This document shows, one piece after another, positions 28,267-40,065 of a stretch of 64,000 bases of DNA. This stretch comes from an uncultured Fibrobacteraceae bacterium. Its GTDB lineage: Bacteria > Krumholzibacteriota > Krumholzibacteriia > LZORAL124-64-63. Position 1 is the first letter of the stretch. The number at the start of each line of letters is the position of its first letter. The notes beneath the pieces were generated by a model. The model was not told the origin of the DNA. It did not search any database and worked only from the letters and a program-made list of their open reading frames with translations. The stretch is taken from positions 5,005-69,004 of the forward strand of contig CAZGEC010000002.1 in NCBI GenBank assembly GCA_964524645.1, read 5' to 3'. A program made the translations under genes and the position numbers.

Positions 28267-28722
28267 TCAGGTTCTGCGCTGGCGCGGCTGCTTCAGGCTT
28301 CCGGGCGGCAAGATCCAGAGTTCGGTATCTCCCAGCGCGGTGAGCACAGTATCCGCGAGATTGGAGCGGTTCGCCGCCTCCGCTCCTCCGCCGCCCTCAC
28401 CGGACGCGGTGAAACCGACAGGACGGGTGCGGAAGACGGCCCCGTTCTGCAGCACGGCCCGGGTGACCTCCCGCCCGTCGGCGAGGAACTCGCTCACCCG
28501 CAGCTTGCCGCGTCGCACCACCGCGTCGATCGCCGCCGGCGGGTGGAAGAGCTGGGTGGGCACGAGCGATACGATCCGGCGTTCCCGCTCCAGCTCCCGC
28601 AGAAGGTTCCGTTCGGCGGCAAAGAGGCGGGCGTCCCGCACGAAGCTGAACCAGACCTCCGGCGGCGGCAGGGGCCTGTCCAGGTCGTCCAGCTCCGTGC
28701 CACCTCGCTGCTGCTCGCTCAT
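28267..28722 (-). CDS. hypothetical protein, possibly a cNMP-binding-domain fragment
   Basis: RRGKLRVSEFLADGREVTRAVLQNGAVF resembles a cNMP-binding beta-barrel. Start trimmed to the internal Met. Confidence 0.35.
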   Translation of the reverse strand: MSEQQRGGTELDDLDRPLPPPEVWFSFVRDARLFAAERNLLRELERERRIVSLVPTQLFHPPAAIDAVVRRGKLRVSEFLADGREVTRAVLQNGAVFRTRPVGFTASGEGGGGAEAANRSNLADTVLTALGDTELWILPPGSLKQPRQRRT

Positions 28723-28811
28723 GCGCTCCTCGCGCCTCCGGGGTCCGGCGATTCTCGTCCGTCCACGCTGCCGCAGGCACGATACCACAGGCGTCGCGGC
28801 CCTGCCACGCC

Positions 28812-28840
28812 TTGACATTCCGCGCCGGGCCGCCTATGCT
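28812..28840 (+). promoter_or_regulatory. sigma-70 promoter TTGACA-N17-TATGCT driving the TPP riboswitch
   Basis: Read directly. The TSS is ~7 nt before the riboswitch P1. Confidence 0.5.
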
Positions 28841-28848
28841 GGGCCCGT

Positions 28849-28929
28849 CGTTCCGTTAGGGGTGGCTACGGCCTGAGAGAGACCCTCCGAACCTGAACCG
28901 GATCATACCGGCGTAGGGAAACGGGAACG
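28849..28929 (+). ncRNA. TPP (THI-box) riboswitch
   Basis: GGGGUGGC...CUGAGAgagACCCuccGAACCUGAaccGGAUcAUaCCGGCGUAGGGAA matches the THI-box consensus. The P1 stem is CGUUCCGU / ACGGGAACG. Confidence 0.85.
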
Positions 28930-28945
28930 CGAGACTCTCCCTCTG

Positions 28946-28980
28946 CAACCGGCCCCCTCGGAGCCGGTTTTTTCGGCTCC
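28946..28980 (+). terminator. riboswitch expression platform: terminator hairpin AACCGGCC...GGCCGGUU plus U6, with an alternative GGAGCCG...CGGCUCC pairing
   Basis: Read directly. The U-tract is at 28969..28974, and the GGGAGG SD and ATG 29015 follow. Confidence 0.55.
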
Positions 28981-29014
28981 GCCATCGACGACTTCCTTTC
29001 CGGGAGGTCCCGCC

Positions 29015-31519
29015 ATGTCCGCTCCGCAGCGTGCGTCCGGACTGCGCGCGAGTGCGGCGCTCCTGCTCGCCGCGTGTCTGCTGGCCGGCGGCCCGGCGGC
29101 CGCCGGCGAGGTCCTCGGCGGACGCGTCACGGACGCCGAGACCGGTCTGCCGCTCGTCGCGGCCAACGTGTACGTGCAGGGCCGTACGACGGGCACCGTC
29201 AGCACCGCCGGAGGCTACTTCAGCCTCCGCAACCCGCCGTCGCAGCCCTTCACCCTGGTCGTCACCTACGTGGGCTACGCGCCTGCGCTCCTGAAGATCG
29301 ATCCCGCGACCCTCGCTCCGGGGCGGGAGCTGTCAATCGCTCTGCAGCCGGTCGTCTACACCCACGAGGAGATCGTGATCTCGGCCTCGCGCTACGGCTC
29401 GGACCTGCAGCTGACCCACACCAACATTCCCGGCGACGAGATCGAGCGGGAGCGGTCCCTGGTCGACATTCCCGTCCTGCTGGAGAACGTGCCCGGCGTG
29501 TACGCCACCAGCGACGCCGGCAACGGCGTGGGTTACACCTACCTGCAGATCCGCGGCTTCGATCAGCGCCGGATCGGCGTGCTGGTCAACGGCGTGCCCC
29601 TCAACGATCCCGAGGACCAGCAGGTCTACTGGGTCGACCTGCCCGATCTGGCCTCCTCGCTGGAGGACATCCAGGTCCAGCGCGGGGTGACGAACTCCCT
29701 GGGCGGCATGCCGGCGCTGGGCGGGACGGTCAACCTGCAGACCGACGTGCTCCCCGTGGAGCCGGGTGGCCGGATCTCGCTGCAGTACGGCAGCTACAAC
29801 ACCTCGAAGCAGACCCTGCTCTACGACACGGGGCTGCTGGGCGGGAGCTTCGCCTCCGGCCTGCGCGTCACCCATCTGGAGAGCGACGGCTACCGGGACC
29901 GGGCGGGCTCGTCCCAGTGGGCGGTGTTCTGGAGCGGGCGCTACGTGACCCCGCACAGCGCCACCGATCTGTACGTCTGGACCGGCCGCGAGCTGACCCA
30001 GCAGGCCTGGTACGGCATCGACGAGGCGACCCTCGCCCGCGACCGCACGGCCAATCCCGAAACCTACCACAACGCGGTGGACGACTTCCGGCAGCCCCAG
30101 GTCCAGCTGCATCACACCCGGGATCTCTCCGACCGGATCTCGCTGCGCAACACCTTCTTCTGGGTCCACGGCGAGGGCTACTACGAGAACTTCAAGGCGG
30201 ACGCGACGGCCCGGGACTTCAGCCTCGACTATTACCTGGGTCTGGCCCCCGACGCCGAGGTGAACCTGGTGCGGCGCAAGTGGGTGCGCAAGGACCAGGC
30301 GGGCTGGTCGCCCCAGCTTAGGGTGGAGCACGCCGGCGGGCGCCTGCTCGTCGGCGGCGACGCCTACACCTTCCACAGCAACCACTGGGGCGAGGTCCTG
30401 TCGGTCGACGGCTTCACCAGCGACCAGCTGGTGGGTGGCCTGAAGTACCACGATTACACCGGCGACAAGCAGGCCTGGTCGGTCTACCTCAACGATCACT
30501 GCGACGTCGTCGGTGGGCTGACCGCGCTGCTGGATCTGCAGTATCAGTACAGGACCTACGACTTCGCCCAGGACGAGCTGGCCAACTTCCGCGGCCTGGA
30601 GCGGAACGCCTACCGCGTGGAGTACGAGTTCTTCAATCCCAAGGGGGGGCTGCACTGGCGGCTGCCCGGCACGGTGGCCGGCGGCCGGATGGCCCTCTAC
30701 GCCCATGTGGGCATCGGCCGGCGCGAGCCCGCGGACAGCGATCTCTTCGACACCTGGCAGGGTCCGGACGACCTGGGCGCGGCCCCGCTGTTCCGCAACA
30801 GCCGTGTGGTCTACCGGGACGACGGCGTGACCGTCGACCACGTGGAGTGGTCGGATCCCATCGTGCAGGAGGAGAAGGTGGTCGACTGGGAGGCGGGGGC
30901 CACCTACCGCAGCGGATGGCTGTCGGCCACCCTGAACGGCTACTGGATGGACTTCACCGACGAGATCGTCCCCTACGGCACCGTGGACGCGGACGGCTTC
31001 GGCATCCGGGGCAACGCCGGCAAGACCCTGCACCGGGGCGTCGAGCTGGGCCTGAGCTGCCAGCCGGCCGCGGGACACCTGATCAGCCTGGCCGCCTCGC
31101 GCAGCTGGGACGAGTTCGAGCACTTCATCTTCCACGACTGGGACGGGACCGCCCTGGACTACTCGGGCAATCCCCTCCCCCTGTTTCCGCGGCACATGAT
31201 CACGCTCCGCTGGCGTGCGACCTGGGGCGCCCTGCAGACGGAGCTGCGGCTGCGGCGGATCGGCAAGCAGTATCTGGACGACACCGGCAACGAGGAGCGC
31301 ACCATCGCTCCCTACGAGACCGTCGACCTGGCCGGCTGGCTCGACCTGGCGCGGCTGGGCCTCGGCGGCTGGGAGGGAGCGCGCGTGGAGCTGCGCCTGC
31401 GGAATCTGCTGGACGCGGAGTACGAAACCAGCGGATACTTCGATGGCTGGGGGGCCGGTAACTACAAGATTCCTGCTGCCAAGCGCAACTTCCTGCTGGG
31501 CGTGCACTACGATTTCTAG
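29015..31519 (+). CDS. TonB-dependent outer-membrane receptor (carboxypeptidase-regulatory-like N-domain, plug, barrel)
   Basis: Signal peptide is followed by the CarbopepD-like VLGGRVTDAETGLPLVAANVYVQG. The TonB box / plug region is EIVISASRYGSD...IQVQRG, and the C-terminus is ...FLLGVHYDF. Confidence 0.9.
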   Translation: MSAPQRASGLRASAALLLAACLLAGGPAAAGEVLGGRVTDAETGLPLVAANVYVQGRTTGTVSTAGGYFSLRNPPSQPFTLVVTYVGYAPALLKIDPATLAPGRELSIALQPVVYTHEEIVISASRYGSDLQLTHTNIPGDEIERERSLVDIPVLLENVPGVYATSDAGNGVGYTYLQIRGFDQRRIGVLVNGVPLNDPEDQQVYWVDLPDLASSLEDIQVQRGVTNSLGGMPALGGTVNLQTDVLPVEPGGRISLQYGSYNTSKQTLLYDTGLLGGSFASGLRVTHLESDGYRDRAGSSQWAVFWSGRYVTPHSATDLYVWTGRELTQQAWYGIDEATLARDRTANPETYHNAVDDFRQPQVQLHHTRDLSDRISLRNTFFWVHGEGYYENFKADATARDFSLDYYLGLAPDAEVNLVRRKWVRKDQAGWSPQLRVEHAGGRLLVGGDAYTFHSNHWGEVLSVDGFTSDQLVGGLKYHDYTGDKQAWSVYLNDHCDVVGGLTALLDLQYQYRTYDFAQDELANFRGLERNAYRVEYEFFNPKGGLHWRLPGTVAGGRMALYAHVGIGRREPADSDLFDTWQGPDDLGAAPLFRNSRVVYRDDGVTVDHVEWSDPIVQEEKVVDWEAGATYRSGWLSATLNGYWMDFTDEIVPYGTVDADGFGIRGNAGKTLHRGVELGLSCQPAAGHLISLAASRSWDEFEHFIFHDWDGTALDYSGNPLPLFPRHMITLRWRATWGALQTELRLRRIGKQYLDDTGNEERTIAPYETVDLAGWLDLARLGLGGWEGARVELRLRNLLDAEYETSGYFDGWGAGNYKIPAAKRNFLLGVHYDF

Positions 31520-31553
31520 CGCGGGTGCCGGCCGGCACGACCACCGGAGCTGC

Positions 31554-32276
31554 ATGTCCACGCTGGAATCGCGGAGCGGGGGCGGCGAGTTCTGCCCCAT
31601 CTTTCTGAAGGAAGGCCCCCGGGCCGTCGTCCTCTGCGACGGTCCGCCGCCGCCGCCGCCGCTGCTCGACTACTGGCTGCAGGGAGTGGACCTTTTCGTC
31701 TGCACCGATGCCGCCGGTCATCCCTACGACCACCTGCCCCGCCTGCCGGACATCGTCATCGGGGACTTCGACTCGCTGACCGGGCGCATCCTGACCGGGA
31801 AGAACGGCCCGCGCTACCTGCTGGTGAAGGAGCAGGAAACCACCGATTCGGAAAAGGCGCTCCTCTACGTGGTCGAGCAGGGTCTGACCGAGGCGGTCCT
31901 GCTCGGCGCCGCCGGCTGGCGCCTGGACCACACCCTCTTCAACTGCTTCCTGCTGGAACGCTTCGCCGACCGGCTGCGCGTCTGCCTGGCCGGTCACCAG
32001 TCCGACGCCGTGCGCGTCGCCCCGGACCAGCCGGTGGTCTGGCGTCTGGATCCCGGGACCGGCTTCTCCCTCCTGCCCCTGGCTGGAGCGGCCTCCGGCG
32101 TGACGGTGGAGGGGGCACGCTACCCGCTGCGCAACGCCATGATCCGGGCCGGCGGCCCGGCCACCATCTCTAATCGCGTGCTGACCTCCCCCCTGCGGAT
32201 CACCCTGGGCGAAGGTTCGCTCCTGGTGACCGTGGATCGCGGAGGACGACCCGATCTGCTGGGCGATCTCGACTGA
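31554..32276 (+). CDS. thiamine pyrophosphokinase
   Basis: Contains AVVLCDGPPP, VDLFVCTDAAGH and DIVIGDFDSL. It lies in track ORF 31215..32276, with the start at ATG 31554. Confidence 0.75.
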   Translation: MSTLESRSGGGEFCPIFLKEGPRAVVLCDGPPPPPPLLDYWLQGVDLFVCTDAAGHPYDHLPRLPDIVIGDFDSLTGRILTGKNGPRYLLVKEQETTDSEKALLYVVEQGLTEAVLLGAAGWRLDHTLFNCFLLERFADRLRVCLAGHQSDAVRVAPDQPVVWRLDPGTGFSLLPLAGAASGVTVEGARYPLRNAMIRAGGPATISNRVLTSPLRITLGEGSLLVTVDRGGRPDLLGDLD

Positions 32277-32278
32277 TC

Positions 32279-33664
32279 ATGCTCCTGGCCGCGGTCTACA
32301 TCCTCTTCCTCGTCTACGTGGTGCTGCGTCTCTTCCGCCGGCCTACGGGGAATGCCGCGGACTACCTCGTGGTCGGCCGGCGCCTGACCCTGCCCGCCTT
32401 CGTGGCGACGCTCGTTGCCACCTGGTACGGGGGCATCCTCGGCGTGGGGGAATACGCCTGGCGCTACGGCGTGAGCAACTGGCTGGTCTTCGGGGTGCCT
32501 TATTACATCGCGGCGGGCATCTTCGGCCTGTTCCTGGCCGGCCGCATCCGGCGCAGCCAGGTCCTGACCATTCCCGACCAGCTGGAGCGCCGGTACGGGC
32601 GGGGCACCGCGCTGCTGGGCGCTGGGGTGCTCTTCGTCATGACCGCCCCGTCGGCCTACGTGCTGATGCTCGGGGTGCTGGTCCGCCTGGCCACGGGCTG
32701 GCCGCTCTGGGTGGGAGTGGCCCTCGGGACCGCGCTCTCGGTGGGCTACGTCTTCCGCGGCGGGCTGCGGGCCATCATCACCACCGACATGGTGCAGTTC
32801 GGCCTGATGTTCCTGGCCTTCCTGGTGCTGGTGCCGACCTGCATCGCGCGCTACGGAGGCTGGGAGTTCCTGAAGGGAGCGGTGCCACCGAGCCACCTGA
32901 CCTGGGATGGGGGCCGGGGCTTCCAGGCGGTGGCGGTCTGGTACGTCATCGCTTTGGCGACGCTGGTGGAGCCGGCCTTCTACCAGCGGTGCTACGCCGC
33001 CTCCAGCGAGCGGACGGCGCGGGCCGGCGTCGGGATCTCCATCCTCTTCTGGATCTTCTTCGACTTCCTGACCACGACGGCCGGCCTCTACGCCCGCGCG
33101 GTGCTGCCGGACCTGGCCGATCCCGTGGCGGCCTTTCCGGCCCTGGCCGAACGGACGCTGGCCCCCGTCTGGCAGGGTCTGTTCACCGTGGGGTTGCTGG
33201 CCGCCATCATGTCCACCGTGGACAGCTACGCCTTCATCTGCGGCATCACCGTGGGCCGGGACATCGTGCAACGCTGGCGGGCTCCGCGCGGAGCGAGCCC
33301 CGGCACCGGCCTGCTGGCGGAGGACGCCATCTCGCTGCGACCGATCCGCTGGGGATTGCTGGCCACGGCGGTCCTGGCGGTCGTGTTGGCCCTCTGGGCC
33401 GGCTCGGTGGTGCGGCTGTGGCACGATCTGGGCAGCATCGGGACGCCGGTCCTCCTGCTGCCCCTGGCGCTGGGCCACGGCCGGGCCGCACCGCGCGGCC
33501 GCTGGGTCCCGGCCGCCATGGCCCTCTCCGGGGGCACCGCCCTCGCCTGGCTGCTGCTGGGCGCGGGCCGGCCCTTCCTGGGGGTGGAGTCCATCTTCCC
33601 GGGCCTGGCCGTCTCCCTGCTGGTGCTGCTGCCGGGATGGTTCCGGGGGCGGACGGCCGCCTGA
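32279..33664 (+). CDS. sodium:solute symporter (SSF) family transporter
   Basis: 13-TM protein with SSF N-terminal blocks (YLVVGRRLTLPAFVATLVATWYGGILGVGEYAW). It starts 3 bp after the TPK stop. Confidence 0.8.
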   Translation: MLLAAVYILFLVYVVLRLFRRPTGNAADYLVVGRRLTLPAFVATLVATWYGGILGVGEYAWRYGVSNWLVFGVPYYIAAGIFGLFLAGRIRRSQVLTIPDQLERRYGRGTALLGAGVLFVMTAPSAYVLMLGVLVRLATGWPLWVGVALGTALSVGYVFRGGLRAIITTDMVQFGLMFLAFLVLVPTCIARYGGWEFLKGAVPPSHLTWDGGRGFQAVAVWYVIALATLVEPAFYQRCYAASSERTARAGVGISILFWIFFDFLTTTAGLYARAVLPDLADPVAAFPALAERTLAPVWQGLFTVGLLAAIMSTVDSYAFICGITVGRDIVQRWRAPRGASPGTGLLAEDAISLRPIRWGLLATAVLAVVLALWAGSVVRLWHDLGSIGTPVLLLPLALGHGRAAPRGRWVPAAMALSGGTALAWLLLGAGRPFLGVESIFPGLAVSLLVLLPGWFRGRTAA

Positions 33665-33690
33665 GAGGGGCTGGTCCGCCGACGAACGAA

Positions 33691-33716
33691 GGCCCCGATC
33701 CCGGGGGATCGGGGCC
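33691..33716. terminator. GC hairpin GGCCCCGATCCC-gg-GGGATCGGGGCC between the convergent SSF and htrA genes
   Basis: The perfect inverted repeat was read directly. Confidence 0.5.
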
Positions 33717-33743
33717 GGTCGTCCGTCGCGTCAGGGGCGGCGG

Positions 33744-35261
33744 TCAAGGAACCTGGATCGCCGTGAAGAAGGTGACCTGTCCGCGGCGCACCAGCAGGGC
33801 CGCGGATTCCCCGCTCTTGAGCCGGGACACGACCTTGTTGAACTCGTCCACCGACGTGATCTCGGTGCGATTCACTTCCTGGATGAGATCGCCACGCTGC
33901 AGGCCCGCATCCTCACCCGCCGATCCCGCCGCCACGTCCGCCACCAGCGCGCCCTGCTGATTCTCGTAGCCCAGCTGCTGGGCCAGAGCGGGCGTCAGGC
34001 TCTGGATGGTCAGGCCGAGCTTCTCCTGCATCTGGGGTTGCTGCTGCGGGGACTGCTGCTCGCCGGCCTTGGCGTTCTCCGGACGCTCGCCCAGCTTCAC
34101 GTCGATCGTCAGCTCCTTGCCGTTGCGCAGCACGGTCAGCTTGACCGTCGAGCCGGGCTGCATCATGGCGACCTTCTCCCGCAGCTCGACGCTGTCCTTG
34201 ATCTTCTCCCCGTTCAGCTCGGTGAGGACGTCGCCGCGCTGCACGCCGGCCTTGCCGGCCGGTCCGTCCGGCACGACGTCGCCCACCAGGCAGCCCGAGG
34301 TCGTCTTCAGGTTCAGGGCCGCCGCCAGGCTCTCGTTGATGTCCTGCGGAACGAGCCCGAGGTAGCCGCGCGTGACCTTGCCGTGGGAGATCAGGTCTTC
34401 CATGACGGTCTTGGCCATGTTGATGGGAATCGCGAAGCCGATGCCGACGTTCCCGCCCGACGGGGTGGAGATGGCGGTGTTGATGCCGATGACGTTGCCG
34501 TCCAGATCGGCGAGGGCCCCGCCGCTGTTGCCGGGATTGATGGAGGCATCGGTCTGGATGAAGTCCTCGTAGTCGGCCAGGCCCACCGAGGAGCGACCCT
34601 CGGCGCTGATGATGCCCGCGGTGACGGTGTGCAACAGCTGGAACGGGTTGCCCACGGCGATGACCCACTCGCCGATCTTCAGCTCGTCCGAGTTGCCCAG
34701 CGTGGCGGCGGGAAGATCGTCGCCCTCGATCTTGATGACGGCCAGATCCGTCTGCGGATCCGTGCCGACGATCTTGGCGGAGTACTTCTCGTTCTTCTGC
34801 AGGAGAACCGTCAGCTTGTCGGCCCCATGCACCACGTGGTTGTTGGTCAGGATGTATCCGTCCTTGCTCACGATCACGCCGCTGCCGAGGCTGTGCACGG
34901 TCTCCTTTTGATCCTGCTGGGGAACCGTGCCGAAGAAGCGCTTGAAGAAGTCGTCGCCGAAGAACTGACGGAAGGGGCTGTCCGGCGAGCCGAAGGGGCT
35001 GGCCACCTCCACCACCTGCTCGGCGTAGATGGGGATGACCGAGGGGCTGACCTTGCTCGCCGCGGCCTCGAAGACGGCGCTGAGCTGGTTGGCCAGGGTA
35101 CGGCCCTCGCTCGTGGCGGCCAGCGAGGATTGAGCTTTGGCACTGTCCTGCCGCGTGCAGGCGGGCACGAGAGCCAGTCCCGTGACCGCGGCCACCGCCA
35201 GCGCCAACCCCATGGTCGTGATGCGGCGATGATGACGAAGGCTACTCTTCACTCGAAGCAT
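33744..35261 (-). CDS. htrA: DegP/HtrA (Do-family) serine protease with two PDZ domains
   Basis: Contains GSGVIVSKDGYILTNNHVV, DLAVIKI and INPGNSGGAL, plus two PDZ regions. The start is at Met (MLRVKSS...) 35261, with AGGAGG upstream. Confidence 0.9.
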   Translation of the reverse strand: MLRVKSSLRHHRRITTMGLALAVAAVTGLALVPACTRQDSAKAQSSLAATSEGRTLANQLSAVFEAAASKVSPSVIPIYAEQVVEVASPFGSPDSPFRQFFGDDFFKRFFGTVPQQDQKETVHSLGSGVIVSKDGYILTNNHVVHGADKLTVLLQKNEKYSAKIVGTDPQTDLAVIKIEGDDLPAATLGNSDELKIGEWVIAVGNPFQLLHTVTAGIISAEGRSSVGLADYEDFIQTDASINPGNSGGALADLDGNVIGINTAISTPSGGNVGIGFAIPINMAKTVMEDLISHGKVTRGYLGLVPQDINESLAAALNLKTTSGCLVGDVVPDGPAGKAGVQRGDVLTELNGEKIKDSVELREKVAMMQPGSTVKLTVLRNGKELTIDVKLGERPENAKAGEQQSPQQQPQMQEKLGLTIQSLTPALAQQLGYENQQGALVADVAAGSAGEDAGLQRGDLIQEVNRTEITSVDEFNKVVSRLKSGESAALLVRRGQVTFFTAIQVP

Positions 35262-35329
35262 GGCTGGATACCTCCTGCCGTGATGATTTCGGACCCGAGA
35301 GTCTCCCGGATGCCCCATGTATAGAACGA

Positions 35330-37312
<1,983 letters not shown>

Positions 37313-37504
37313 GAGCTTGGCAACTTTCCAGGACTTCGTTTCAGGGCCCTCTGCGAGACCGGCCGGTCTGCTTCCTGTGCCGGACGAGCGCACAGGGGCC
37401 GGCTCGATATGACGAGGCACAATCAAAACGCTTTCCGGCTTCCCGCCAGGAATCACTGCGATCCGGGGCGCTGGCCGGGTGGCGAGATGGAACGGGTGGG
37501 GACG

Positions 37505-38470
37505 TCAGGTTCCGCAGAAGAGAGTGCGGCCCAGGCGGATCATCCTGTCCTCGAGGTCCCGGGAGGGAACGTCGTAGCTCCAGAAGAGACGGCTGCGGTC
37601 CGTCTGGCGGCCGGTCCAGTCGGGCGGCATCCGCTCCTCGAGGCCGGCGCCTTCCTGCGTGACGAGGAAGGCGAAATCGGCGTCCGGATGACCCGTCAGA
37701 GCCGCCTCCGCATGGACCAGGGGTACGTCGCCCAGGCTGAAGAGGCTGAGCTGATCGCCGCGGATCGCCGCGAGCCAGCTCCGCGGGGTACTGGCCGCGC
37801 GCGAGCCGGCGCCCGGTTCCTCCTGCCTCGCTCCCAGGATCATCAGCTCCAGCGGTTTGCAGTGCAAATCCTGGACGGAGCCCGGCGCCTCCCCGGTCCG
37901 GCCCGGCCGCCCCTCGAGGTCGACCAGCTCGAGCCGGCCCTCCGGGCACGGCCCGCCGACGGTGAAGGGATGCGTATCCAGGCGGCGAATCCGTACGTCA
38001 GCGAACCCGCGGGCCACGTGGTCGAAGCTTCCGCTCAGCAGGTCGGGCAGAGACGGCTCGCCAGCGGTGCCGGAGCCGTCCAGCCACCGGTTTACGGCGG
38101 CCAGCAGGCGGAACTCGGGCGTCCGCTGGAAATCCTCGGCCTCCTGCAGGTCGGTGGCGACGTCCTCCCGCCCTGCGGGAGTCGACAGCAGCGCCTGGGC
38201 CAGCCAGCGGCAATCGTCGTAGGCGGCGTAGAGCGCGTCGCTGCCCTCCGGCGCCAGCACGTGCGCGTTGAAGACCAGCTGACCGGCCTGATCCACCGCC
38301 TCCTCCACCAGCGCCACGACATACTGGCGGTCGAAGATGTAGTCGCCGCCGGACTTCTCGGCGCCGTCCCGGGCCAGGTCCATGAGCCTGCGCGCATTCT
38401 CGAGCAGCCTGCGGAAGCGGACGATCCACAGGCGCAGGTCCTCGACGGCTTGCTGTCTTTTCGAGAACAT
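37505..38470 (-). CDS. hypothetical protein, first gene downstream of a sigma-54 promoter
   Basis: Begins MFSKRQQAVEDLRLWIVRFRRLLENARRLMDL..., starting 18-25 nt downstream of the sigma-54 motif. No family assigned. Confidence 0.45.
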   Translation of the reverse strand: MFSKRQQAVEDLRLWIVRFRRLLENARRLMDLARDGAEKSGGDYIFDRQYVVALVEEAVDQAGQLVFNAHVLAPEGSDALYAAYDDCRWLAQALLSTPAGREDVATDLQEAEDFQRTPEFRLLAAVNRWLDGSGTAGEPSLPDLLSGSFDHVARGFADVRIRRLDTHPFTVGGPCPEGRLELVDLEGRPGRTGEAPGSVQDLHCKPLELMILGARQEEPGAGSRAASTPRSWLAAIRGDQLSLFSLGDVPLVHAEAALTGHPDADFAFLVTQEGAGLEERMPPDWTGRQTDRSRLFWSYDVPSRDLEDRMIRLGRTLFCGT

Positions 38471-38498
38471 CTCGGCCCCCTGGCGATGTCGCGTTCGT

Positions 38499-38514
38499 TG
38501 CAAGTTTCCCGCCA
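38499..38514 (-). promoter_or_regulatory. sigma-54 promoter TGGCGGG-N4-TTGCA (-24/-12)
   Basis: Minus-strand read gives ...ACTGGCGGGAAACTTGCAACGAACGCGACATCGCCAGGGGGCCGAGATG, with exact GG-N10-GC spacing. It is divergent from the NtrC-family activator gene. Confidence 0.6.
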
Positions 38515-38721
38515 GTCCCCGCCGCCCGCTCCGGAAGGTCGCCGGCCCGCGCAAGCGAGGCCCAATCCACGAGCTGGCCTCCTTCTCCATCCCGGGAGCC
38601 GCCCGCAGCCCGGCGGTCCGCCGGCGCCCGGCGGAGCGGTTCGCTGTTGCATATCGCATCAGTACCTGTAGATTTGTGCGGGAGGGACGGGAAGGCCGCT
38701 GGAACCCGGGAGAACGCCCGC

Positions 38722-40065
38722 ATGAATCGAATTCTGGTCGTCGAGGACGATCGGATCACCCTGAAGAACCTGCGCAATATCCTGCGCAAGGAGGGACACG
38801 AGGTCGAGACGGCCGGCGGCGGCGAGGAGGCCTTCCGGTTGCTGGAGGCGAAGCCCTGCGATCTCGTGCTCACGGATCTCGTGATGGAGCCGGTCGACGG
38901 CCTGGCGGTGCTGACGCGGGCCAGGGAGCGGGATCCGGAGACGCAGGTGATCGTCATGACCGGCCACGCCTCGGTCTCCACCGCCATCGAAGCGATGAAG
39001 CGCGGCGCCTTCCACTACCTGCAGAAGCCCTTCCAGCCGGAAGAGGTCCGGCACCTCGTCGCCCTGGCGCTGGAGAAGCGGCGGCTCAGGACGGAGGTCG
39101 CCGACCTCAAGCAGCAGGTCGAGGCCGGGCCGCAGCGCATCCTGGGTCACAGCCCGAAGATCGTCGCCATCCGGCGCCTGATCCGGCAGGTGGCCGAGAC
39201 GGATTCGAACGTGATGATCACCGGCGGGTCGGGCACGGGCAAGGAGCTGGTGGCCTCGGCCATTCACCGGCTGAGCCGGCGTTCCGCCAGGAAGTTCCTG
39301 CCCATCAACTGCGCCTCCTTCACCGAGGACCTGCTGGCCAACGAGCTGTTCGGCCACGAGAAGGACGCCTTCACGGGAGCCACGACCACCCGGACGGGGC
39401 TGCTGGAGGCGGCGGACGGGGGGACGATCTTCTTCGACGAGGTCGGCGACATGCCCCCAGTCATGCAGGCGAAGCTGCTGCGGGTGGTCCAGGAGCGGGA
39501 GCTGATCCGCGTGGGCGGCTCCCGGCCCATTCGGATCGACGTGCGGATCATCTCGGCCACGAACAAGAACCTGCGGCTCGCCCTGCAGCACGGGAACTTC
39601 CGCGAGGATCTCTACTACCGCCTCAACGTCGTGCCCATCGACATGCCGACCCTGGCCGAGCGCAAGGAAGACATCCCCTTGCTGGTCAAGCACTTCCTGA
39701 ATCGATTCAATCGCCGGGCCCAGGCGCGGATCCTCGGCTTCACCGGCGAGGCGCTCCAGCTGCTGGGCTCGTACGATTATCCCGGCAACGTCCGCGAGCT
39801 GGAGAACATCGTCGAGCGGGCGGCTTCCCTGAGCCGCTCCGAGGTGATCGGCGTGGAGGCCCTGCCCGAGGATCTCCAGGAGCTGGAGGTCTACGCGCTG
39901 CGCCGGGGTCAGTCCCGCATCAAGACGCTGGAGGAGATGGAGCAGGAGTACATCCGGGACGTGCTGGCCCGCTGCAACCACAACAAGAGCCGGGCCGCCG
40001 AGGCGCTCGGCATCAACCGCGTCTCCCTGTACCGCAAGCTGAAGCGGACGCAGATCACCGAGTGA
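38722..40065 (+). CDS. sigma-54-dependent response regulator (REC, AAA+ and HTH domains; NtrC/Fis family)
   Basis: The receiver domain has the phospho-acceptor Asp [14 protein letters not shown]+ motifs are [14 protein letters not shown] and ESELFGHEK-like ([13 protein letters not shown]). The C-terminal HTH is [21 protein letters not shown]. Confidence 0.9.
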   Translation: MNRILVVEDDRITLKNLRNILRKEGHEVETAGGGEEAFRLLEAKPCDLVLTDLVMEPVDGLAVLTRARERDPETQVIVMTGHASVSTAIEAMKRGAFHYLQKPFQPEEVRHLVALALEKRRLRTEVADLKQQVEAGPQRILGHSPKIVAIRRLIRQVAETDSNVMITGGSGTGKELVASAIHRLSRRSARKFLPINCASFTEDLLANELFGHEKDAFTGATTTRTGLLEAADGGTIFFDEVGDMPPVMQAKLLRVVQERELIRVGGSRPIRIDVRIISATNKNLRLALQHGNFREDLYYRLNVVPIDMPTLAERKEDIPLLVKHFLNRFNRRAQARILGFTGEALQLLGSYDYPGNVRELENIVERAASLSRSEVIGVEALPEDLQELEVYALRRGQSRIKTLEEMEQEYIRDVLARCNHNKSRAAEALGINRVSLYRKLKRTQITE

